A stretch of DNA of 28,856 nucleotides from an uncultured Rhodospirillales bacterium (GTDB taxonomy: Bacteria; Pseudomonadota; Alphaproteobacteria; Micavibrionales; Micavibrionaceae): assembly GCA_965369185.1 (NCBI GenBank), contig CBDUPU010000001.1:1-28856 (forward strand), written 5' to 3'. A model generated the notes under the pieces. The model saw only the letters and a program-made list of their open reading frames with translations, was not told the DNA's origin and made no database searches. The stretch's first letter is position 1; every line of letters starts with the position of its first letter. Shown piece by piece: positions 1-7,471 of this stretch. Both the position numbers and the translations under genes were made by a program.

Positions 1-1
1 G

Positions 2-280
2 TTCACCGTTACCAACGCGGTCGATATTACCGACTACCTCGGCGACCAGACCTGCCTCATCGATTTTCAAATCGGCGACATCGCCAACCCATTGGCGGTT
101 GGTGTCGAGTACGCGCAGGGAGAAAATACGCTGCGAAGTCTGAAAACTCGGGTTGCGCGAGGCGGGGGTACGGTTTAATTGGGCGATCTGGGCCGCGAAC
201 TGATCAGCGCTTTGCGCTTTGGCTGGAACCGGAAGCGCGGCAATCACCGCCACGCAGAAAAGCATAAGAAACTGTTTCAT
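2..280 (-). CDS. Exported PRC-barrel-like protein (partial, runs off window start)
   Basis: Not in the ORF track; read manually. ATG at 280 with GGAGA upstream gives MKQFLMLFCVAVIAALPVPAKA|QSADQ...LRVLDTNRQWVGDVADLKIDEAGLVAEVVG. This is a signal peptide followed by the V.D..G..VG.V.DL.ID..G.V pattern typical of PRC barrels. Confidence 0.6.
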   Translation of the reverse strand, partial: MKQFLMLFCVAVIAALPVPAKAQSADQFAAQIAQLNRTPASRNPSFQTSQRIFSLRVLDTNRQWVGDVADLKIDEAGLVAEVVGNIDRVGNGE

Positions 281-360
281 GATCGCATCGTCTCCATTTA
301 AAAATCCTACACTAAATGTAGTACATGAGGCACAGACGTCCAGCCAGCGTTTTGATGAAA

Positions 361-1128
361 TCAGTAATCAACCCGCATCAAATACAGGCCTTCCGCCGGG
401 CAGGTTATCCCGCCTTTGGTGCGGTCGCGCGCCGCTAGCGCGCTTTGCAAATCTTGCTTCGTCCACTTGCCTTCACCGATCAGCGAAAGGCTGCCGACCA
501 TATTGCGCACCTGATGGTGCAGAAAGGACTTTCCTTCGGCCTCGATAACAATTTCCGTTCCGCCGAATGAATCATAAGGACGGGCGGTGACATCAAGCCG
601 GTCCAGCGTCCGTTCAGGCGATTTGGACTGGCACTGCGAAGCGCGGAACGTCGTAAAATCATGAAACCCTGTAAGAACCTGCGCCGCATCATGCATTGCC
701 CGCCAATCGAGCTTTTTCTTGATATGCCAGGCCAGCCCGTCTTCAAGCGCAGGCGGGGCGGAACGATTGATGATGCGGTAGCGATAAAGCTTGTTCGTTG
801 CCTGAAAACGCGCATGAAATTCCGGATCGACAATTTCAGCATTGATGACGCAGATGGGCTGGGGACGCAGATGGGCATTAAGCGCCTTGGTCAGATCAAA
901 CCCCGTTAGCGGCCGGTCCCCGTAATCAAGATCAAAATGCGCGACCTGACCACAAGCATGGACGCCCGCATCGGTACGCCCTGCGACATGGATGGTCAGG
1001 CGCTGCTGGCAAAAAGCGTAGATCGCGTCTTCAATCGCCTGCTGTATTGACGGCACCCCATCTTCCTGCCGCTGCCAGCCGCAAAAAGAAGTACCTTTAT
1101 ATTCAATGATCAGTTTCCAGCGTGCCAT
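361..1128 (-). CDS. truA: tRNA pseudouridine(38-40) synthase TruA
   Basis: IEYKGTSFCGWQRQ, AGRTDAGVHA (catalytic Asp), FHARF, SFLHHQVRNMVG and CPAEGLYL motifs. Confidence 0.97.
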   Translation of the reverse strand: MARWKLIIEYKGTSFCGWQRQEDGVPSIQQAIEDAIYAFCQQRLTIHVAGRTDAGVHACGQVAHFDLDYGDRPLTGFDLTKALNAHLRPQPICVINAEIVDPEFHARFQATNKLYRYRIINRSAPPALEDGLAWHIKKKLDWRAMHDAAQVLTGFHDFTTFRASQCQSKSPERTLDRLDVTARPYDSFGGTEIVIEAEGKSFLHHQVRNMVGSLSLIGEGKWTKQDLQSALAARDRTKGGITCPAEGLYLMRVDY

Positions 1129-1199
1129 TACGCTTTTTACCCCTTACTCATATTCCGTCCCCAGCATGACGCCCCCGAGACATAGCACTGTCCGGCAAT

Positions 1200-1230
1200 A
1201 AAAAAAAGCCCGGCAGGGAAATGCCGGGCT
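1200..1230 (-). terminator. Intrinsic terminator downstream of the FtsH-like gene
   Basis: The minus strand reads AGCCCGGCA-TTTCCC-TGCCGGGCT followed by a T run: a perfect 9-bp stem (1207-1215/1222-1230) with a U tail. Confidence 0.8.
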
Positions 1231-1372
1231 CTCTTCAATTTGGCCAGTCGAGTTTGAAAACTCGCCGCGTTATAACGCACCTGCAGCAAAGATTGCAACA
1301 GCAAAAAGACGATTTTTTCGATTTTCCGCAATTTATCCATAAAAATTTTATGAAAGGCGAAAAATCAGGGCC

Positions 1373-3076
1373 TTAAGACAGTTTCGGCCCTCTATTTGCC
1401 AGCTGTTTCAAACTCTCCTGCTTTGGCTTTCCGGGCTGGATTCCGGTAATGGAAATCACCTCGTCACGGTCCAGTGTTTCGTGTTCCATCAAAGCCTGCG
1501 ACAGACGGATCAAGGCATCGTAATCTTCGGTCAAAATACGGCGCGCTTCTTCATAGGCCTTATCGGTCAAGACGGTCATTTCATCGTAAATGCGCCGTGC
1601 CGTATCAGAATCCAGCCCTTGGCCGCGATTAAAGGCAGCGCCGAGATAACCGCTTTGATCATTGCCATAGGCAAGCCGTCCAAGTTTTTCATTAAAGCCG
1701 TAACTGGCGACCATCTGCCATGCGGTATTGGTAGCGTTTTCAATATCGCCGCTGGCGCCGGATGAAATGTTATCCGCGCCGTAAGCCAGCTCCTCGGCGA
1801 TGCGTCCGGCGTAATCGACAACCAGCTCTGCCATGAATTTCTTGTATGAGTAAGAATAGGTTTCACGCTCCTCACGGAAATAGGTTGTGCCGAGCGAGCC
1901 GCTATGCGGCAGGATCGTCACACTACGTAAAGGCGTCATCCCCTCGCCTTCCTTACGCAAACCGGCAATGGCATGGCCGGCTTCGTGAATGGCGGTGCTT
2001 TCTTTTTCAAAGCTGTTCATATCAATATTACTGCGCGGGCCTTTAACGACGCGCTCATAGGCCTCTTTAAACTCGGCCATGCCGACTTTGCGGGTATGTG
2101 GTTTTTCTGCGGCCAGCGTCGCTGCTTCATTGACAAGCAAGTTGAGCTGAGCACCGACAAAGCCGTAAGCCTGTTTGGCGATTTCCCCGAGATCGACATC
2201 CTTTTTAAGCGGCACTTTACGATCCCGCGTAATGATCTCGAGAATATCCTTGCGCCCTTTCATATCCGGCGCGCCAACTTCGAGTGACATATCAAAGCGC
2301 CCCGGACGCACCAGCGCCGGATCAAGTGTTTCCGGACGGTTGGTCGAAGCAATCAGGGTGATACCGTCCGAAGGCTCGAACCCGTCCATCAAGCGCGCCA
2401 GTTCCATCATGACGATCTGGTGGACATTTTCATGCGCACCGGCGCGAGTGGCGCCGAAAACGTCAATTTCATCAATGTAAATAATGCAGGTCGCGTTTTT
2501 ATTGCCGGCCTCTTTTTCAGCAGCGACAAGGTCTTTTGCCTTATCCATCAATTTGCGCATCCGCGCTGCGCCGATGCCATGCAGACTGGCATCAAATTCC
2601 GTGCCGGAAACACTGATAAACGGGACGCCGGCTTCATGCGCCATTGCTTTAGCCAGCAAAGTCTTGCCTGTACCCGGCGGACCTTTCAGCAGAACGCCGC
2701 GCGGCAGCTTTGCGCCCATGCGCTGGAATTTACGCGGCTCTTTCAAAAAGCGAACAACGCGCTCCAGCTCACCCTTGATTTCGTTGATACCGCCAACACT
2801 GTCAAAAGATACGCCGGTTGTTTCGGCGACTTGCGGATCAAAGCCAGGATCATCGTCAATGCCGCGACCGGCCGGGTTCATATCAGGCCCAAAGCCGTAA
2901 TCATCATCCAGTGCGGGATCGTAGCCATCTTCCGGCATGCCGCCTATGGCCGCGGCAAAAAACGTTTTCATCAGTGGTAACAATACATCCAGCGCAATGG
3001 TTTGCGAGGTTTCTGGCGCATTATCGTTTGCCGCCGGATTTTCGGAATGATTATCTTTTGCTGACTTTTTGGTCAT
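1373..3076 (-). CDS. FtsH-like AAA+ zinc metalloprotease paralog lacking the two-TM/periplasmic N-terminal module
   Basis: Walker A GPPGTGKT, Walker B IIYIDEID, SRH ASTNRPETLDPALVRPGRFD, Zn motif HEAGH and third-ligand region GASGDI. The N-terminus is short and acidic, without two clear TM helices. Confidence 0.9.
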   Translation of the reverse strand: MTKKSAKDNHSENPAANDNAPETSQTIALDVLLPLMKTFFAAAIGGMPEDGYDPALDDDYGFGPDMNPAGRGIDDDPGFDPQVAETTGVSFDSVGGINEIKGELERVVRFLKEPRKFQRMGAKLPRGVLLKGPPGTGKTLLAKAMAHEAGVPFISVSGTEFDASLHGIGAARMRKLMDKAKDLVAAEKEAGNKNATCIIYIDEIDVFGATRAGAHENVHQIVMMELARLMDGFEPSDGITLIASTNRPETLDPALVRPGRFDMSLEVGAPDMKGRKDILEIITRDRKVPLKKDVDLGEIAKQAYGFVGAQLNLLVNEAATLAAEKPHTRKVGMAEFKEAYERVVKGPRSNIDMNSFEKESTAIHEAGHAIAGLRKEGEGMTPLRSVTILPHSGSLGTTYFREERETYSYSYKKFMAELVVDYAGRIAEELAYGADNISSGASGDIENATNTAWQMVASYGFNEKLGRLAYGNDQSGYLGAAFNRGQGLDSDTARRIYDEMTVLTDKAYEEARRILTEDYDALIRLSQALMEHETLDRDEVISITGIQPGKPKQESLKQLANRGPKLS

Positions 3077-3180
3077 TACGCAGCCCCTGTCTATTAATTT
3101 TCATATAGTTGTAAAGAGGCTGTGGTATTATTACAAATAATTTTTTACGAAAAATAACTCTATAGCCTTGAAACGCGCCC

Positions 3181-4122
3181 TTATCCGAGCAGTTGGCCGA
3201 CTTTCAAATAGTTGCCGTTTATCGCGGAGACAGCATCCATAGGGCGGGCATTTTCCGGCTGGACACGAACCAGACGCAAACCGGTATCAGAGCCGCAAGC
3301 AACATGGCCGGCATGGTCGGTGAGGGTTCCGGGCGCGGCTGTGAAAGCCTCGCTAACCGGTTCGGCGGCGAGAATTTTAAGGCGCCGGCCATCTTCAGGC
3401 ATTGCCCATACGCCCGGCCACGGGGTCAGGGCGCGGATCTGGCGGTCAATTTCTGCTGCGGTCATATCCCAGTCAACTCTGCCATCGTCTTTTTTCAGCA
3501 TCGGCGCATAAGTCGCAGCATCATCGTCCTGTTTTTCAGCTTCCAGCTTTTCGCCTGTCGCCAAACGATCTGCCGCCTTTACAATCATTGCCGCCCCCAG
3601 CGCCGCCAGTTCGTCGTGAAGACTTTGCGCCGTTGTTTGCGGGCGGATGGCAACGGCAGTTTTAGAAATCATAGGACCGGTATCAAGCCCCCCTTCCATC
3701 TGCATAATGGTAACGCCGCTTTCTGCATCCCCTTTCCAGATCGCGTGCTGGATCGGAGAGGCGCCGCGCCAGCGCGGCAAAAGCGAAGCATGGATATTCA
3801 GGCAGCCATAACGCGGCGCTTCCAGAACCTCTTTAGGCAAGATCAGCCCGTAAGCAGCAACTACGGCGAGATCAGCCTCTAGCGCGGCAAAATCGGCCTG
3901 GGCTTTAAGGTCTTTTTTCAATGAAAGCGGGTTATAAACCGGGATGCCGTGAAAAGCGGCCAGCTCGTGCACGGGCGAGGGCTGTACCTGCTGGCCGCGG
4001 CCTTTCGGGCGGGGCGGCTGCGAATAAACGGCAATAATATCGTGGCCGTTATCAATCAGCGCCTGCAATGCCGGCACTGCAAAGTCCGGTGTCCCCATAA
4101 AAACGATGCGCAATTTAGACAT
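3181..4122 (-). CDS. fmt: Methionyl-tRNA formyltransferase
   Basis: MSKLRIVFMGTPDFA, VVAAYGLILP, NIHASLLPRWRGASPIQ, LDTGP. Start placed at the ATG at 4122 rather than the ORF-track 4155. Confidence 0.97.
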   Translation of the reverse strand: MSKLRIVFMGTPDFAVPALQALIDNGHDIIAVYSQPPRPKGRGQQVQPSPVHELAAFHGIPVYNPLSLKKDLKAQADFAALEADLAVVAAYGLILPKEVLEAPRYGCLNIHASLLPRWRGASPIQHAIWKGDAESGVTIMQMEGGLDTGPMISKTAVAIRPQTTAQSLHDELAALGAAMIVKAADRLATGEKLEAEKQDDDAATYAPMLKKDDGRVDWDMTAAEIDRQIRALTPWPGVWAMPEDGRRLKILAAEPVSEAFTAAPGTLTDHAGHVACGSDTGLRLVRVQPENARPMDAVSAINGNYLKVGQLLG

Positions 4123-4214
4123 GGTTTTTCCGCCCCACTTATAGATTTTATTCAACCCAAAATGGCGTTGCGGGCGGCAAGAGTAAAGGGAAAGTTTTTA
4201 ACCTTTGGAAAAGA

Positions 4215-4742
4215 TTACATGATCTGCTGGTCGCGGCTCAGCTTTTTGACCTTGCGAATGATCATATCGCGCTTGAGCTTGGAGAGATAATCAATGAACA
4301 GCACGCCATCAAGGTGGTCAATCTCGTGCTGGACGCAATGCGACAGCAGACCTTCAGCCTCTAGCTCGGCTTCCTTGCCGTTATAATCAAGATATTTGAC
4401 CCGCACGACAGAAGGGCGCTGGACTTCGGCGAACTGGTCGGGAATGGACAGGCAGCCTTCTTCCATGACGCTCGGTTCTTCGGACTTCCAGATAATTTCC
4501 GGGTTGACCATGCAGATCGGATCGCGCGGCGAATCCGGGCCATCGCGGCGTGATGTATCCATCACCAAAACGCGGTTGAGTATATTCACCTGATTGGCGG
4601 CAAGGCCGATACCGGGCGCTTCGTACATTGTTTCCAGCATCCGGTCCATTTGACGGCGCAGCGTATCATCGACATTTTCGACGGGCTGGGCAGGTTCGCG
4701 AAGGGCCGGGGCGGGTATCCAGATAATATCGTAAGTATTCAT
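4215..4742 (-). CDS. def: Peptide deformylase
   Basis: GIGLAANQV, EEGCLSIP and QHEIDHLDG motifs; adjacent to fmt. An alternative GTG start lies at 4751. Confidence 0.97.
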   Translation of the reverse strand: MNTYDIIWIPAPALREPAQPVENVDDTLRRQMDRMLETMYEAPGIGLAANQVNILNRVLVMDTSRRDGPDSPRDPICMVNPEIIWKSEEPSVMEEGCLSIPDQFAEVQRPSVVRVKYLDYNGKEAELEAEGLLSHCVQHEIDHLDGVLFIDYLSKLKRDMIIRKVKKLSRDQQIM

Positions 4743-4779
4743 AGCATTCACTTAAGGAAGTTAGCGGTAAAGGTCAAGC

Positions 4780-6033
4780 TCAGGCGCGTTTCTTGGATGT
4801 TTCCTCATCCGATGGCTCGGGCAATAATTCCGGTTCGGTCAGGGTACGCGGGGTCATGCCGAGCTGTTTAAGGTCGGAAATTTCCTTGCCGCCGGTCTGA
4901 ACATGCAAATCCTTGAATTTGCGCGCCCCGGGAAGCACTGACTTTTCGAGCGAGCCGACCGCAGCATCATAAGCGCCAACGGCGGTACTGAGGTTACGGC
5001 CAAGTTTTTGCATATGTTCGCCAAATGTCGCGATACGGTTATAAAGGTCGCTGGCGAGCGTGGCGACGGTCTTGGCTTCCTCTGCCATTTTCTGTTGCTG
5101 CCAGCCATGCATGATCACGCGCAGCAAGCCCATCAGGGTCGTTGGTGAAGCGAGGATAATATTGGCTTTCGCCGCATCCTCGATCAAAGCCGGGTCATTG
5201 CTGACCGCCATTGAATAAAGCCCTTCGGTCGGCATGAACATGACGACGAATTCCGGCGTATCAAAAGCGCGCCAATATTCCTTGGAGCTGAGCGTTTTAA
5301 GGTGGTCGCGGACATTCTTGCGGAATGTGTTCAGCGCTGCATCACGACCAGCTTCGGTTTCGGCCTTTTCCAGTGCTTCCCAATAAGGCTCTACCGGGGT
5401 TTTTACATCGATGATTACCTGCATGTCGCCAGGCATCTTGACGATGAAATCAGGCTGGCGGCGAATGCCATCGGCAACGGCGGTTTGCTGTTGCAGGTAA
5501 TGCGTGCCTTCGACCATGCCGATCATTTCCAGCGCGCGCTGCAGCTGCATTTCACCCCATCGCCCACGCGCTGCCGGATTACGCAGCGCCTGCACCAGAT
5601 GCTGGGTTTCCTGACGCAGCATACGCTGGTCTTCGGCGAAATTCTTCAGCTGCGCATCAAGGCCCGCGCCCGCTTTGCCGAGATTTTCGATCTTGCCTTC
5701 CATTTCCTTAAGCGACTTGCCAATCGGGTCAACGAGGTCGGCGATCGCCTTCTGGCGCTTTTCAAGGTCATGGCTGCCATCGGCCTGTGCCTGTTTCAGC
5801 TTTTCCTGCGCAAGCTGTAAAAAGCGCTCACTGTTTTTATCGAGCACCTCCTGCGCGGTAAGCGAAAAGCTGGCAGCAAGGGCGTCACGGCCTTCGCGCT
5901 CATGCTCTAGGTCTTTGGCAAGCGAAGCGCGCTCGCGCTCGGTACGGAGCAAAAAGAAGCCGAGCGTCACGGCTGCGAGAATGAAACCGGCAGCGCCGCC
6001 AAGCAGCAGGGAAATTGCATCAATCGTCATCAT
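4780..6033 (-). CDS. rmuC: DNA recombination protein RmuC
   Basis: N-terminal TM, coiled coil, RGRWGEMQL, QPDFIVKMP...IIDVKTP, FVVMFMPTEG, SPTTLMGLL. Confidence 0.95.
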   Translation of the reverse strand: MMTIDAISLLLGGAAGFILAAVTLGFFLLRTERERASLAKDLEHEREGRDALAASFSLTAQEVLDKNSERFLQLAQEKLKQAQADGSHDLEKRQKAIADLVDPIGKSLKEMEGKIENLGKAGAGLDAQLKNFAEDQRMLRQETQHLVQALRNPAARGRWGEMQLQRALEMIGMVEGTHYLQQQTAVADGIRRQPDFIVKMPGDMQVIIDVKTPVEPYWEALEKAETEAGRDAALNTFRKNVRDHLKTLSSKEYWRAFDTPEFVVMFMPTEGLYSMAVSNDPALIEDAAKANIILASPTTLMGLLRVIMHGWQQQKMAEEAKTVATLASDLYNRIATFGEHMQKLGRNLSTAVGAYDAAVGSLEKSVLPGARKFKDLHVQTGGKEISDLKQLGMTPRTLTEPELLPEPSDEETSKKRA

Positions 6034-6079
6034 CTTTAAACTTTGTTTTATGAGCTCTTGTCAGTACAATAGCATTGTA

Positions 6080-6814
6080 ATGACCCGCACACACAAATCT
6101 TTTTCGGCACAATCAGGCCAGCCAGATACCAACAGCCAAAGCGGCAACGCAATGATCTATGTCTTGATCATTGTTGCGCTTTTCGCCGCCTTGAGCCTGA
6201 CGCTAGCCCGCCAGACAGATACGACAGAAGCCGGACAGCTGACCACACAGGAGGTCGAGATCTACGCGACCCAGATCATGGAAGCACCGACAGCGGTCAA
6301 ACAGGCGATTGACCAGATGTTATGGACAGGCTCCGCCATAACAACACCGCCGGCCATTGCGCTTGATTTTGTAGAGCCGGGCGACGAGCCGAATTATAGT
6401 ACGCCAACACATATCCATAAAGTCTATCACCCGCGCGGCGGCGGGCTGCTGAAACCGCGCTTTCCTGACAAGGTTTATAATCAGGTCAGCACCCCGCCTG
6501 ATGCCGGGGTTTATATTGGCCGGTTTAATAATGTCGAATGGACGGAAACGACCGGTCAGGACGTGATCTTCACCGTTTACCAGATCGACCAATCCCTTTG
6601 CGCCGAAATTAACGAGCGCCTGACCGGCAGTACAGCGATCCCTGCGCTTGATGCAGGCATGGCGACGTATCTGGTTGACCCGGCCTTTCATGGCGGCGGC
6701 GCTTCAGACCTTAACGCGGCAAATTGCGCTGCTTGCGAGGGGCAGGTGCAACTATGCGTATCCGACAACACAGTGTCGGCATACAGCTTTTACAGCATCG
6801 TCGCGTCACAATAA
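6080..6814 (+). CDS. Type IV pilin/pseudopilin-like (PilX-type N-terminus) exported protein
   Basis: ATG at 6080 is in frame with track ORF 5675..6814. SQSG|NAMIYVLIIVALFAALSLTL is a class III signal-like sequence without Glu+5. Cys residues lie near the C-terminus (CAEIN, NCAAC, QLC). Confidence 0.6.
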   Translation: MTRTHKSFSAQSGQPDTNSQSGNAMIYVLIIVALFAALSLTLARQTDTTEAGQLTTQEVEIYATQIMEAPTAVKQAIDQMLWTGSAITTPPAIALDFVEPGDEPNYSTPTHIHKVYHPRGGGLLKPRFPDKVYNQVSTPPDAGVYIGRFNNVEWTETTGQDVIFTVYQIDQSLCAEINERLTGSTAIPALDAGMATYLVDPAFHGGGASDLNAANCAACEGQVQLCVSDNTVSAYSFYSIVASQ

Positions 6815-6828
6815 TTAAAATGAAATAA

Positions 6829-7470
6829 TCAGATGGCGTAGCCGGCAATCACGGCGCGCAGCTCTTCCAGACCTGATCCGGCGTGCGCGCTGGTCAGCAT
6901 GACCTCGTTCATTGCCGCGCCGTGGGTTTTAAGTTCAGCCTGAATGGAAGCTATCAGCTTGTCGCGCTGGGCCTGCTTTGTCTTATCTGTCTTGGTCAGG
7001 ACGATGCGATAGGAAACCGCGGTTTCATCGAGCATCTTCATGATCTCGCGGTCACTGTCCTTCAGGCCGTGACGGGAATCGATCAATATAAAAACGCAGC
7101 GTAGGGTCGGGCGGCCGCGCAAATAGTCGCGGATCAGCGTGTTCCATTGCTGCTTTTGTGTCTTGGACACTTTGGCATAGCCATAGCCCGGCAGATCGAC
7201 AAGGAAAATCCGGCCCCCAAGATTGAAGAAATTAAGCTGCTGGGTGCGCCCCGGCGTATGCGAAGTACGCGCCAGCGTCTTGCGTCCAGTCAATGCATTG
7301 ACCAGCGAAGACTTGCCAACGTTCGAACGCCCGGCAAAAGCAATCTCCTGCAATTCGGCTGAAGGGAGCTGCTTTAACGCCGCGACCCCTTGCACGAAAT
7401 CGCAGGCACCGGCAAACAGCTTGCGGGCTTCCTCGATCTCTTGCTCAGTAAAGGCGGCTTCGTCACTCAT
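6829..7470 (-). CDS. engB: Ribosome biogenesis GTPase EngB/YihA
   Basis: AFAGRSNVGKSS (G1), TPGRT (G2), VDLPGYG (G3), TKTD (G4). Start MSDEAAF at 7470, immediately after the yidC stop. Confidence 0.95.
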   Translation of the reverse strand: MSDEAAFTEQEIEEARKLFAGACDFVQGVAALKQLPSAELQEIAFAGRSNVGKSSLVNALTGRKTLARTSHTPGRTQQLNFFNLGGRIFLVDLPGYGYAKVSKTQKQQWNTLIRDYLRGRPTLRCVFILIDSRHGLKDSDREIMKMLDETAVSYRIVLTKTDKTKQAQRDKLIASIQAELKTHGAAMNEVMLTSAHAGSGLEELRAVIAGYAI

Positions 7471-7471
7471 C

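Noticed and set aside
1137-1340. 67-aa ORF between the FtsH-like gene and truA
   Set aside because: No RBS, runs through the terminator hairpin, and shows no recognisable motif; probably spurious.
3138-3148. TAATTTTTTAC shared with 14773-14783, about 60 bp upstream of two accessory genes
   Set aside because: Low-complexity AT-rich word with different spacing to the putative -10 elements; cannot be separated from chance.
5675-6079. N-terminal extension of track ORF 5675..6814
   Set aside because: Antisense to rmuC and S/R-rich. The pilin-like sequence begins at the ATG at 6080.
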